Positions 1-12,959 of a stretch of 64,000 nucleotides of DNA are shown one piece after another; within the stretch, counting starts at the first letter, position 1, and each line of letters opens with the position of its first letter. Source of the stretch: Octopus sinensis (lineage: Eukaryota); contig NC_043007.1 of the NCBI RefSeq assembly GCF_006345805.1, forward strand, positions 47,182,001 to 47,246,000, in the 5' to 3' direction. The notes under the pieces are model-generated. The model was not told the DNA's origin. It did no database searches and saw only the letters and a list, made by a program, of their open reading frames with translations. The position numbers and the translations under genes were made by a program.

Positions 1-240
1 TTCACTCCTCTAGTGATGTATGTCACATCGCTCCATACAGGTGAAGTCACAGTTCCACGGCCTCCGTACTTCCATTATCCAGTTTTTTGCTTTTTACAAC
101 GAAAGATTTATATATCATTCACATGACCAATGAACATTAATTTTGATTAGGATTAATTATTTATCCATTATTGGTTTTCTTTTCTAGAACTGGAGATTTC
201 AAGTAGTACTATTTAATAAATATATTTATCAGAGTATCCT

Positions 241-345
241 GTCCGTAGCAGGAGTATTTCGTCTGTTTTCATGTTCTGAGTTCAAATGTCGCTGAGGAAG
301 ACTTTGCCTTTAATCCTTTAAATGTTGGTGAAATACTTACCAGTT
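241..345 (+). mobile_element. tRNA-derived SINE family B, degraded fragment
   Basis: gtatttcgtctgttttcatgttctgagttcaaatgtcgctgaggaagactttgcctttaatcc matches the copies at 26770, 28038 and 31957. Confidence 0.6.
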
Positions 346-404
346 GTGTCTGTATTAGAATGCATTATTATTTGTTGCTATTCATTCTCTTGATTTTATT
401 TTAG

Positions 405-474
405 GGAGGATATGTCTGACCATGAGCGTTCAGTTAGTCGGTCAACAGAATTATTTGGCTCATTGAATTGCTCT
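405..474 (+). CDS. Candidate isolated internal exon (xEDMSDHERSVSRSTELFGSLNCS), product unknown
   Basis: Pyrimidine tract and TTTAG acceptor (AG 403-404), stop-free frame, GTAAGC donor at 475; phase-compatible with a possible donor after position 40 (CAG|GTGAAG); no recognisable domain. Confidence 0.25.
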
Positions 475-589
475 GTAAGCGGCTGAGTATTCCACAGGAA
501 CGTGTACACTATACAATTCTAAGCCAGAATTATCAATACACTCTAATACTAGGCTAGACATATAAGTTATAACCACAATCCATTCGACG

Positions 590-725
590 AACTTCTTTAT
601 AGTTTCCATCTACCCAACTTCACTCAGTATATGGGTGGACACGGTGCTATAGAAAATTCCACTCAGTGGAATCGAAACCGCAACCTCATGAATATGAAGT
701 GAACTTTTTAATGATTTTGCCATTA
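590..725 (-). mobile_element. SINE family A, degraded 5' part
   Basis: Reverse strand resembles the tRNA-like head and core of the family A copies (e.g. 47330-47472). Confidence 0.5.
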
Positions 726-1250
726 TAGGGTTCACTACTTCATTCTATAATGGCCGCGAATATAACATACATATAACGAATGCAATTCCCATTTCCGGAA
801 TAACGAAATATTACCCAATCTGCAACAGCGTTTAGATGACTGTACTATTGATTGTGAACACTTTATGTCATAATGACATAGGTGACTGGTGAGCTGTATA
901 CAGTAAAACATGAAAGCAAAATTTTGAGGGTCCACTAGTGGATTAGAATGTATGCTTTCAGTGAATGCGACATTCAAAAGAGATTATTTTTATTTTTGTT
1001 TTGTTTTGTTTCTTACTTATGTTCAGTAAAATCTCTGGTTGAAAATTAAAACAATGTCGTTTGATGTTGAGTCAATTATAGTTTCTAATAATACACCATT
1101 TTAGAGGCGAAAAAAACTGCTGTAATAGTTTCTCTCGGTTTAAAGATATCGGAATAAACTCTTGTATGTGTGTATTTGTATGTGTGTGTGTATGTGTGTG
1201 TATGTGTGTGTGTGTGTGTGTGTGTGCATGTGTGTGTGCGTGCGTGTGTG

Positions 1251-1690
1251 CCGGTAGTGATAGGAAGTATATTTCAAGACAACGTGATTCTGAGTTCAGT
1301 CTCACTGCGTGGCACCTTGGGCAAATGTTTTCTAATGAAGTCCCGGGCCGACCGAAGCTTTGCGAGTGGATTTGCTGGACGGGAACCGGTCCTATAAGCG
1401 TGTATGTTTGTGTGCGTATATGCGTTTGTGTATGTGTGGGTTGGTGGGTGGATGTGCTTGTGTTTCTGCATGTGTGTGCGTATGTGTTAGTCTATGATTG
1501 TGTGTCTTTGTGTTTGTCCCCCACCACCATGTGACATTGGTTTTGTTTACATCCCCTTAACTAAGGTAGTTGGCAACGGAGACGGATTGAATAAGTAGCA
1601 GGCTTTTAAGCATAATAATTACTGGCGTCAACCTTTCAAAATGGTGCACCAGCATGGCTGCAGTAAAATGACTGACACACCTGAAAGATA
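1251..1690 (+). mobile_element. tRNA-derived SINE family A with internal (TG)n
   Basis: gagttcagtctcactgcgtggcaccttgggcaa (B-box-like plus core), internal TG tract, tail ggtgcaccagcatggctgcagtaaaatgactga shared with other copies. Confidence 0.8.
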
Positions 1691-1730
1691 AATTGATAAT
1701 GCACACACACACACACGCACATACACACAC

Positions 1731-1795
<65 letters not shown>

Positions 1796-2174
1796 AGTAT
1801 ATATATATACTATCTTAAAAGCCACATTCCGTGCGGACTCTTTACCTAGCACCTGAGGAGATCTGATCGGGCCTGCAACCCAAAAGTAAAGGGCGCAATA
1901 ATAATATAGCATTTATTGGTACCATACCGACATGGTATTCCCCAACAAATATGGTATTACTTTAAAATTAGTTTAAATGAAACAGTTCACAACTGTTAGC
2001 ATATAATAAATCTTCATCCAGACCTGATCTCAATGCTCGATATTGAAGAACTAACTGAAGAGCAAATTTCCAATCCCCGGATCATCCTGATTCCAAAACA
2101 ATATAATATGTTCACGTTTAATATATATATATGCGTGTGTGTGTGTGGTGTGTGTGTGTGTGCATGTGTGTGTG

Positions 2175-2614
2175 CCGGTAGTGATAGGAAGTATATTTCA
2201 AGACAACGTGATTCTGAGTTCAGTCTCACTGCGTGGCACCTTGGGCAAATGTTTTCTAATGAAGTCCCGGGCCGACCGAAGCTTTGCGAGTGGATTTGCT
2301 GGACGGGAACCGGTCCTATAAGCGTGTATGTTTGTGTGCGTATATGCGTTTGTGTATGTGTGGGTTGGTGGGTGGATGTGCTTGTGTTTCTGCATGTGTG
2401 TGCGTATGTGTTAGTCTATGATTGTGTGTCTTTGTGTTTGTCCCCCACCACCATGTGACATTGGTTTTGTTTACATCCCCTTAACTAAGGTAGTTGGCAA
2501 CGGAGACGGATTGAATAAGTAGCAGGCTTTTAAGCATAATAATTACTGGCGTCAACCTTTCAAAATGGTGCACCAGCATGGCTGCAGTAAAATGACTGAC
2601 ACACCTGAAAGATA
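2175..2614 (+). mobile_element. SINE family A (duplicate of 1251-1690)
   Basis: Essentially identical to 1251-1690. Confidence 0.8.
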
Positions 2615-2665
2615 AATTGATAATGCACACACACACACACGCACATACACACACACGCACACACA

Positions 2666-2697
<32 letters not shown>

Positions 2698-2698
2698 G

Positions 2699-2731
<33 letters not shown>

Positions 2732-3989
2732 AGTATATATATATATACTATCTTAAAAGCCACATTCCGTGCGGACTCTTTACCTAGCACCTGAGGAGAT
2801 CTGATCGGGCCTGCAACCCAAAAGTAAAGGGCGCAATAATAATATAGCATTTATTGGTACCATACCGACATGGTATTCCCCAACAAATATGGTATTACTT
2901 TAAAATTAGTTTAAATGAAACAGTTCACAACTGTTAGCATATAATAAATCTTCATCCAGACCTGATCTCAATGCTCGATATTGAAGAACTAACTGAAGAG
3001 CAAATTTCCAATCCCCGGATCATCCTGATTCCAAAACAATATAATATGTTCACGTTTAATATATATATATGCGTGTGTGTGTGTGTGTGTGTGTGTGTAT
3101 CATGTCACGTTACTTATGATGCTCCCATGAGTGCTACTGCTAATATGCAATCCAGTACAACCTGTTGCATGCTCAGGTTGTCGGCGACTAAACGACCCCC
3201 CTACCTTGGTGAGGAGGGGTTCTAGAAACCCAGCAAGATTAAAAAGAAGACCTGTTGAAAGGTCGGATGAACCTTGTGCAGACTCAACGGTATCTAGCAA
3301 TAGCACAGGTAGGCAGAAATTCTGGGATATATCCGGCGTCCTGAAGGATGACTGGGAGTGAGGGACCCCTCAGCTTCTGTTGAAGCATGTCTCTAGGAGA
3401 AGGTCACCCTAAAATAAAATCAGATATACTGGGACTGGCATTGGATAATTTGGGGATCTTTGGTTTGTACTCATGGCGCTCCCACTTCCCTGAGCTTACG
3501 ACTCATATTGGCATCAGATATCTCGCCCTGGCTTTCTCTGGATAATGTCAATAAAGTGGGGAGGGTCTGTAAAGTGTCGTGCAGGCCTCATTGGACCTAA
3601 AACTCTGCACAGGCATTGCTGACTTTTGCTTGAAATATGCTGCATTTTATTTCTTTTTTCTTATATATGTTTATTTTATTTTCAGTATATATGTATTATT
3701 ATTTTCAGTATATATTTGTATATTTATAGTATATATGTATTTTATTTTTATTCGGAAGTCCTGCAGCGATGGGGAGGTGTGAAGCATGTAGACCTGATGG
3801 GTTGAAAGCATGTATTCAGCGACTTGCACCTAGGCGGCCCACGCTAGATATAAAGTCGTTTCCTTGTCGCTCAAGTCAGCGATAAGATTCGGTTGCTGCA
3901 TGGGTGTCTTAACAGCTCCATTTGGAGAGGACACTGCTCAATGAGGCTTTTTGGACTGAATAGTGATTGGTGACTAAAAATATCAAGCG

Positions 3990-4602
3990 TCGAAGACAGT
4001 GGGTAGGGAAAGGAGAACACCGGCACTCCAAGCTAAAGAAGGTCGTCACCTATGTAAGGCGTTGTTATCTGTTTGGTGGGATATGAAAGGTTTAATTCAC
4101 TTTGAACTTTTATACCCAAACCAAATGATAATAAATGAGATCTTCTGTGAGCAGATTGAGAGGCTTAAATCAGCGCTAGAAGAAAAACGACCATCTTTGG
4201 TTTCAAGATGAAAAGTTTTCTTCCATCAGGATAATGCTCGGCCTCATACAGCGAGAACGACATTCCAAAGGCTGGAGCAGTTTGAATGGAAAACGATACC
4301 CCACAAACCATATTCGTCGGACAGTGGTCCATCTGATTATCGTTTATTCCGTAGTCTTCAAAATCATTTGGATGTAAAAATTATGAATTCTGTAGACGAG
4401 GTCAGAAGAGTACAGGAAGAGTATTTTTCGTCACGGATAAGTGAATTTTGAAAAGAGGGGTCTTGCGAGTCTTCCAGATAGATGGAAGAACATTGTAGAA
4501 AATGAAAGAGAGTATATCTTAGATTTAAAAAATAATTTTGTTTATCTTCATAGGGAAAAATATAAGTATTTAATAAAGCGCAATATTTATGGGATGACCC
4601 AA
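3990..4602 (+). mobile_element. Mariner transposon, 3' half with TIR (pseudogenised transposase)
   Basis: LLSVWWDMKGLIHFELL, FHQDNARPHTA, PHKPYSSDSGPSDYRLFRSLQNHL, GLASLPDRW with stops and frameshifts; 3' TIR ...atatttatgggatgacccaa then TA. Confidence 0.92.
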
Positions 4603-4991
4603 TACGTGTGTGTGTGTGTCACATTAAAGTGACTTATTGAGTAACGCTGGAACAATGTGAAACGTGATGTAAAGTAAACTATTTTAAAGGAGTCGTTAGA
4701 AATGACCGCAATGAATTGACACTTGTAACTCTTTGTCACACACATTTTATTGAACTATCCTGGAATCGACGCTTCGTAAATATTATAGACAGTGTTTTTA
4801 ATTTAATGTCTGAATAGCTAAGAGCATATTTCTTCACTCAGCTGGGTCTTATTATCTGCATACACTGCATGAATATCATATGGCCGGCACTTACGCACCA
4901 AGTCTCAAGTTCACTTAATATTGTTGAATATGCATGTTACTCCGACCTAACAAGTTGCCTCAATTTAAGTACATAATTCAATTGAACCGTA

Positions 4992-4995
<4 letters not shown>

Positions 4996-5060
<65 letters not shown>
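4996..5060. repeat. (TA)n microsatellite (representative of dozens in the window)
   Basis: Direct reading; other large tracts at about 12288-12470, 15817-15985, 17280-17512, 28322-28443, 40475-40604, 42478-42590, 48800-48925, 55190-55530, 56150-56706. Confidence 0.95.
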
Positions 5061-5064
<4 letters not shown>

Positions 5065-8000
5065 AACACTTTACAAACCACAATAATATTGGGGAAATAA
5101 AGAAATGGAAACAAATGTACAACGGAAGCATCAACTTATGCATTTACTTTATTTCTTTGCTTTTTAAATTTTTAAATTTTAAACAAATGAAGAATGCTCT
5201 TATCTCTTACCTAGAAAGCTATATGGAAATGGAGGGTATAAAATCCTCTATAATAAGTCTGACGTTGGAAGCCATGTCATTCACAAGTCATGCTTATGCT
5301 GTATCGGCGACATAATTAACTAAAGTAATCTATGGTGTTCCAATGACACTACATGCTATCTGATTCAACACTTTAAATAGAACTGAGAATGTGTAATGTC
5401 TGAATGGATGGTTTTTGTGTAGGCTCTTGAGACATAAGTAATAGTAAATGGATAAGTAGATTTGTTTAACAAATAACTATAAACAGCGTAGAAAACTAAA
5501 TCTAGATCACAATCAACATGAACAGTTTATAAAAAAAGTTCTTACGTAAAAAAAAACTATACATGCAGATTGTTTGCTTGATATATGATTAGCCATTTAC
5601 AATAAGCGTTTTTGTTTTTTTGTTTCATTTCTATCTATTGAATCTCGTTGCAATTCAATAGATTAATATCAAGACTTTACTTATAAACAGTTCCAAGTCT
5701 TTGGTAGTTTTCTTCTATTAAGTCCTATCCTATGGCAACAAATAGTCGGCATTGTTTCAAACAGGTCTTCGGTAATTTCTTTTTTCAGTAGCTTAGCTTA
5801 CGCGTATATTTTTAATTTCATGTTCCGCTATTGTTTTATTACTCTAAGTTCATGTGATACTATAAAACATTCTACTTGTTTTACATTTTCTTTCTTTTTC
5901 CTTCCCAAATTTGTTTATTTTCATTATATTCCCTTCAGATGAGTAACCAAGGAAAAAACTTGTAAATGTTTTAGTTTCCAACATATACCTGCTGGTATTC
6001 CTACCTTTCATTCTAATTTTTCAATTGTTGTATTTCTCAAATTTATCGTAGTTTTTCAACTCAACTAAAATGTTTTATCTAGACAAACATATAATTGCCC
6101 ATCAAATAATATTTTATGCGTGGGTGTGTGCGCACGTGTTTGTGTGTGTGTGTGTGTGCGTGCGTGTGTGTGCGTGTGCGTATGTGTATGTATGCTTACA
6201 TATACACATATGCATGTATGTATACATATGTGTATGTAGATAGAAGGAAAGACAGAAAGAGAGATAAAACTATCGAATTCTCTTGGTAAAACACACTTTT
6301 CCTAAAGATGCTTTTAAAATATCAAAGCGTAAAAAGCCTATGTGAATACATACTAATTGTGAATAATTACTATGAGACAAACGTATGTCATGAAACTGGT
6401 AAGATCATATATCATAATGTATGTCGGTTGTCACTAAATCAAACAACCCAACGTCTATGTGTGTGCATATTATATATATATATATTATATATATATATAA
6501 TATGCACACACACGTATAAAATTATATGAAGCCTGCCGCTCGTACATTATATTTTGAGGCGATCGTTCTGTGACACCGAACTGTAACGTTACACATGTCT
6601 TAAGACAAGAGGGTGACGGTAACTCTTTGCTTCATTACTTAATACAAAACATGAAAACCATGCATAAAGTTGTAATCCACAACTAAACAGAAACGTTAGG
6701 AGAATGGAAATGAAATTGTTGGGAGTGTCAATTTCAATGTTTAGTTTAACGTCTAAAGTTTGTAATAGGTTTTGGTATACTCCTGTATCAAAATGTACGC
6801 ATAAGAACGCCTTTTTTTTAATGCAGGCGTTAATAATTGACCTGCGATTCAATTGTTTATATTTAACATAAATTTTAAATTAATATTACGTCTTAAATCT
6901 GTTGCCACTTTGGATGTTGTTTTTAGATTCAGTTGTTCGAAATGTATTAGTACAGAAAAATATATGAAGGTACGATACCTGCATCTTGTTGCATAGATGC
7001 ATAATAATGCGTTTCTTCTTCAAGACAAATAATTTGGATGGATACAGCACGAATTTTGAATATTTCAGTTATTAGAGGTTCATTGTAGCCATCATGACTA
7101 GTTTCTCTCCGTTAAAATACATATATCGTGATGTTGTTTTCCCCATCGTTCTTTTAGAATCCTAATGTAATTTGAAAGGGTCTTGGCGTTAAATTATTTG
7201 AAAATTTAAATGAATGAGTGTATATCTTGCTTTAAAATGTATTCTTGGTCAACCCTATGTAAATCTCAGTTGATATAGTCTGTGGATTCCACACCGTCTT
7301 TTTATACCATTTCTCTTTAGGTTAAATGTCTACCTTAAGAACCCGCAATCATATTTCATGAATTGCATTTCAGCTGGGTTATTCATTGGGGTTTTATAAA
7401 TTTTTGGTATTGGCTGAACATTTGTAGTTTTATTCAATCAAACAGCTTTAAGTAACTTGCAATAAATTTTTCTTGAACATTTTGCCATACATGTCTAAAG
7501 ACAGAAGGTTCATTAATATCAGTCTAAGAAGGGCTCTTGCACCATTTGGAGATTTATCCAAACTATACTGAGATGTAAAGTGTGTGACTCCTCTAAATTT
7601 ATGCATATCATTACTTATCGTAAGTTGACCTATTTGTTTCATCTTCAAATTAAGTACAATTCTACACAGTGCTTTGTTATACTGACGCCATTATTTTAAA
7701 ACCAACAGACCCTGCTGATGCTTCATTTTAGGGAGAAAACAGGAGCGGAATTCCGTCTCCCCAAATCCCTACACACTGTATTGTACTACTATAAACTTTT
7801 TCGTTCGTCCTCAAAGCTGAAATCAACCCTCAAAGCTGAAATCGACCATAAAAGCTTACCGATTTCAGACGATAGAATACACAGAATAAAATTCATGACG
7901 ATAACTGCGATTTAACCCTGAAATCATTTTTTGTGACATGATCGGAAAACCGTAATTAAAATGAAGTATATGTTAATTGTTTATATCTGATCTTGGTAAG

Positions 8001-8384
8001 TTTATTTTCAGTGAGATGTTTTCGTATCAAATTATCGAATATTCCTCGAAGACATTTTAATGACTATTCCAAAATAGTTTCGTTTCAAACAGACCAGATG
8101 ATAAAGAAATGTCTCCGGCATGTACTTAAAATAAAACAATTATTAGATTTGCGAATAAATGGTTATTGATCAGAATTTCATTTTCTCATTGTTTAAGCCT
8201 GAAAAAACTTTTCTAATGAAATGAGCTTTTATGCCTATACATACACTGTTTGTGTGTGTCTGTGTGTGTGTGCGTGTGTATGTGTACGTGTGTATACATG
8301 TGTTTGATATATGAAAACGTGTTTGATATGCCTAGAAGTAAAGTGCGCTGCGTTATTTTATTGGCTCTTAGGTTACAGGTGAAG

Positions 8385-8520
8385 GCGCGCAGCCTGGTGG
8401 TTAGGTTGTTGCACACAAGGTGATATGATTGTGAGTTCGATTCCCGGACTGGGCCTTGCGTTATGTTCTCGAGAAAAACAATTCATTTCATGTTGCTCCA
8501 GTCCACTCAGTTGTAAATGT
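8385..8520 (+). mobile_element. tRNA-derived SINE family C
   Basis: A-box-like cagcctggtgg, B-box-like gagttcgattccc, core gttgctccagtccactcag shared with 23808-24075. Confidence 0.7.
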
Positions 8521-8829
8521 TTTCCTGTAATATCTGGGAAGTTAACACTGTAGTAGCTCATTTTCCCTGCTAGAAGCGTGGGGATGTTATTGCAATATCA
8601 TCTACTTAGCTCAGACCTTATTAGTCCTTAGTTTCATGACATACTCAAGTCTATAACTAAGCAGTTTACCTGCTTAAACCTGATTTGATCTTCACTAAGA
8701 ACTGGTAACTCGTGAATATATTCAGTTTAAATGCTAATATATAATTCCTCTTGGGACGGAATGTATGAGAATGTAGTACAATGTTAAATAGTGAACTAAC
8801 AAGATGTGAAATTGTTTAGCATGTGACAT

Positions 8830-9130
8830 AACAAGGGGGTTCCAGATTTGGTGTATCTATAATCTGATAAACCAGCCATAACGAAAGCCGCCAAAATCAC
8901 TTAAATGCTCAAATCACCGTAGAAACAAGTAGCTGCGCCTACATATTCTCACTACGTTTTTATCAACACAAATTCCCCATACGACAAACCTAACATTTGG
9001 CGCATCAACCCAACAAAGATTTATAGGGAAGTCAGTAAACTGTCATTGGGCAAGATTATTTTTAAACACCAGGAAGTATCTTAATTGACACTTTGGAATA
9101 TTCAGGCAAACACAAATGCAAAAAGATGGT
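8830..9130 (+). mobile_element. Penelope-like RT C-terminal remnant, highly decayed
   Basis: Residual peptides LKSP/ITVETS-like, PYDKPN, TLEYSGK in the order expected for the PLE RT thumb region; a WFNP-like remnant follows near 9935. Confidence 0.45.
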
Positions 9131-10639
9131 TTGGGAAAACTGTCAACTACACAGATCGATTTATAACATGAAGTCAAATAAACTCGCTTTAATTAGAATT
9201 ATCGTATTTGCGATTAAAACCAGATAAATATTCCTTTTAACATGAGTAATGGCTCATTGTGGTCGGCGAAAGATCACCGATTTTGTTGTCCTGTTCTTAC
9301 CGACAAAATAAAATCTTAAGTTCAAGCCATTTTTAGAGGTTTCTATCGATATGATGATTTTCGTTGTTGTATCTGCAATACGATATTCTTGATATGGAAT
9401 CATGTGACAAAAGAGATTTCGCGCGTCTTAGGCGAATGAGCCATTATCTCAGTAATAAATGTGATAATTTCTTTTACTATTATTGTTGTATTTAGGAATG
9501 GTCATTATTAGTCTTCTAGTTAATCATTTAACCAATTAACTTATTGACTATTTCATTGATCGGTCAATCACCCAGTATTTTAGTCACCATTTAAGAATTC
9601 TCATAATGGAGCTAAATTATTTAAGAAAATTAAAACAGAGCTAATAAGAAAACTTATACATCGCTTGAGAAGTGGTATTGCCAGTCTGCTGTTAAACTAT
9701 TTATGTTTCACCCATAAATTCACAATGTTGCCTCTTTCTTAAATCGAATAAAATATTGAATTAGGTATACAAAGATTATGAAGAATTTAGTTCCGAGCAG
9801 CTCCCATAACAACACATCAATATCAATCAACAAGTAAAAGTAGCAGCAGTTTTACAGAGAAAATTACATTTATAGAAGAAATAACTAGAACGAATAAAAA
9901 CTGAATGGAATATGGAAATAGAAAGAGTTAGCTGGTTCAATCCACTATGTGCATTCACTATGTGTAACCACTCTAGCCAAATAAATTTACATTCCTGAAT
10001 TGAATTAACCTGAATAAAATCAACCAAACATACAAACACACACACAGTCCTACACATATACGCACACATTCATACATGTAATATCAATAGTACATGTGTG
10101 TGTGGGGGGGGGGGGTTGCAAGATTTCTCATGTGAAATCATGAGTTGAAACAGATATTTCTATATTTCGGCACGGTCATTTCTGTTTTGTCAAAAGAACG
10201 CACGCACTATATATTCATGCTTGACTTCGGGTTTATTTTATTATTGTTCTTATTTTATGTCCTATGATTGGAAATCTTTCTTTCACACCTTTTGTGACCA
10301 CTTCAGCGACTCTGTATCCCATGTATCTTCACATGTTCTCTTTAGTCCATTCTGACTTTCTGTGGTGTGTATTCTTATCTGCGCATGCGTTTGCGTTTGT
10401 ATCTTTGTGTGTGTGTGTGCATGCCTGTGCGTATGTACACGTGTCTATGTGTTTTTTATGTGTTTCTTTTGTGTGTGTATATAGGTATGCTTATTACACT
10501 TTTTGTATCCGTGCCTTTTATAGTTTTATTTTTCTTTTCCTTTATTTACTCATCTCTATATTTTCTTCCTATGTGTATGTAGTTCATTTATATGTGTGTA
10601 TATGGATTTATATATTATACTGTAAATATGTGTCGCATT

Positions 10640-10940
10640 TTATTCCCTTCAATCTGTCGCTCGGTCTCTCTATTACAATGTGTGCGGCTTCTGTAGCCTG
10701 TCTACGTGCCGTGTTTGTTCTATGCGTTGAGGGTACCTTAATATATTTGTTGTTCACCGAGCACGTTGGTAGAGCACTGACGATCCTTTCTCGTCTTTGA
10801 ATACCCGCCAGTGCTTGTCTACACCCTCCCTTATGCTACGTGCTGTCTGCTTCACGTATATTGTTGTCTTTTTTCTGCACCATCCTTCTGCACATGGTAT
10901 GCTACAGAGTATCTTACAAGTAACCTGTGGGCTCATCCTA
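10640..10940 (-). mobile_element. Penelope-like GIY-YIG endonuclease 3' segment, inverted copy
   Basis: VTCKILCSIPC..IYVKQTARSIREGVDKHWRVFKDEKGSSVLYQRA, homologous to the + strand ORF 11787-12080. Confidence 0.8.
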
Positions 10941-10989
10941 CATACTATACAGGTGATCTCCGTACATAGGAGCTAACGCACCCGTACAA

Positions 10990-12050
10990 GTCAGTGTCTA
11001 TTTACTACAAGCTAGCACTATGGAGAGCATCCGGTAAATAGATAACTGCATCCACCAGAGTATTAAGTAACAGTAGCTTACCCCGAGCAAGCACGCAAAC
11101 TACAGGCTACCGGTCTTAGACACGGATATCTGGATGGAAACAAAGAATAATAAGGTCCAGAACTTTCATTCCCAGTATGCTAAAACCATGGCCTCTAAAT
11201 ACCTGGTCCACAAGAATGAAGTAATTGTAGGCAACGCCAAGTTCAATATCCTAATGGCGGATTTTTAAGTGAGATGAGAAATGTGTCACGGATGAGCGAC
11301 CCAGCGGAATTAGAAAGGCATATCCAACATTTTATCCACCTCATGCAGTTCTCTAGCTACAACCAAAGGGCCAGGTTATAGTGTTCAAAGGAACCAAGAC
11401 TAAGTACAAAGCCATCATAAAGAATTATGCAAATGGGATCTTCTTGTTCTACAGCTGTAAATCGTGGAATAGTATAGAAAGGACCAAGAAGAACATAGCT
11501 AAGGCCAACTCATGGTACGAAAACAAAAATACCAGAGTGTCATGTCCGTTGGTGCTATTCCTGGCAGTGAACTAGCGTATCTTTTTAGGAAACATTAAAT
11601 AAGGTAAATCTACAGATTAAAATAGAAGAGCCAATAATCCCCATAAAATCCCTGATTTGTAGAACATGTCCATTCGGAAGCCCCCCCCCCATGTACGAAG
11701 AACACTTGTATTGTATGCAGGATGAACCCAAAGTTTAACTATAAGGTTGTGAATGTAGCCTATAGCATACAATGTCCTGAGGGACGATGCAGAAACAAGA
11801 GAACATTAGTGAAACAGCAAGTAGCATAGGGGGGCGAATAGGCGAATGCTGGCGGAGACTGAAAGAAGAGAAAGACTCGTTAGTGCTCTACCAGCATGCT
11901 CAATTAGAACATAAAGGTTCGGTTAATATCATAGATATTAAGGTATTATCAATGCACAGGACACAAACGACACTTAGGCAGTTTACAGAGGATACACATA
12001 TAGCAGTAGACAGACCGAACTCTAGAAAACACGAATGGAAAAATAACACC
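10990..12050 (+). mobile_element. Penelope-like retroelement remnant (RT C-terminus plus GIY-YIG)
   Basis: LPVLDTDIWME, YAKTMASKYLVH, HFIHLMQFSSY, then ISETASSIGGRIGECWRRLKEEKDSLVLYQHAQLEH...DRPNSRKHEW. Confidence 0.85.
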
Positions 12051-12242
12051 CACCACCACACTACGCAACATTACAAATAAAGATAGAACAGAGGGCGAAA
12101 TAAGACACATACAAACAGTAAACACACATACAAACCATTACACACATAAACACACACAAAAGGCATACATACACATACCTAAGGCGAAATGGAAAGAAGA
12201 GAAAAGTAGACATGAAAAAGTAAATAAGTAAATAATATATAC

Positions 12243-12286
12243 ATGCACTAGCACTATGACCCGGCAACGACGGGTCTTTAATGCTA

Positions 12287-12359
<73 letters not shown>

Positions 12360-12373
12360 AAATATGTATATAT

Positions 12374-12417
<44 letters not shown>

Positions 12418-12439
12418 ATATATATGTATAAATATGTAT

Positions 12440-12470
<31 letters not shown>

Positions 12471-12515
12471 CGAGCATTAAAGACCCGTCGTTGCCGGGTC
12501 ATAGTGCTAGTGCAT
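12243..12515. repeat. 45-bp inverted repeat carrying a Helitron/Helentron-like hairpin+CTAG module, flanking a (TA)n spacer
   Basis: 12243-12287 versus 12471-12515, one mismatch; each arm has gacccg-gcaacga-cgggtc between CTAG motifs (the inner CTAG reads CGAG in the right arm). Confidence 0.9.
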
Positions 12516-12959
12516 ATATATATGTGTATATATATGTGTACATATTACATGTACATCTATATATATACATCTACACATAAAATGCAAAATACAAAGTTAT
12601 ATCTTGATATCGCTAGTGATAACAATACTCATAATATATAACAGACTGGAATTGTTAGCTCTTCTTTTTCTCTTCATTGTATACTTTATAGACAATAGTC
12701 TTTTTCTTTAATTTAATTTTGTATTATCCATCTGGACTATTCCTTTTCTACACGCTAATTTTAGTTTTAATTTATTCCCATTCATTCGAAACCACTTATT
12801 CAAGTTCAAATCATTGATGCAATTTTATACCAATTGCTATTTTTACTTTTGTTATGTTACGATTATATTATACTTTAGTTTGATTTTAATTATTACTTAC
12901 TACATATAATTCAATTGTTATTATTATTTTTATTCTCAAAGTGAAAGCATCTGACATAA

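Larger units (their letters stand above)
1251..3078. repeat. Direct tandem duplication of a ~930-bp unit (2 copies)
   Basis: ccggtagtgatagg at 1251 and 2175 (offset 924); atgctcgatattg at 2033 and 2971 (offset 938); the differences I saw are in microsatellite lengths; bounded by (TG)n tracts. Confidence 0.95.

Noticed and set aside
2033-2125. MLDIEELTEEQISNPRIILIPKQ as a duplicated exon
   Set aside because: Possible acceptor but no donor; runs into microsatellite; no recognisable domain
8385-8450. tRNA-like sequences at SINE heads
   Set aside because: They continue into shared SINE cores and do not form complete cloverleaves; not tRNA genes
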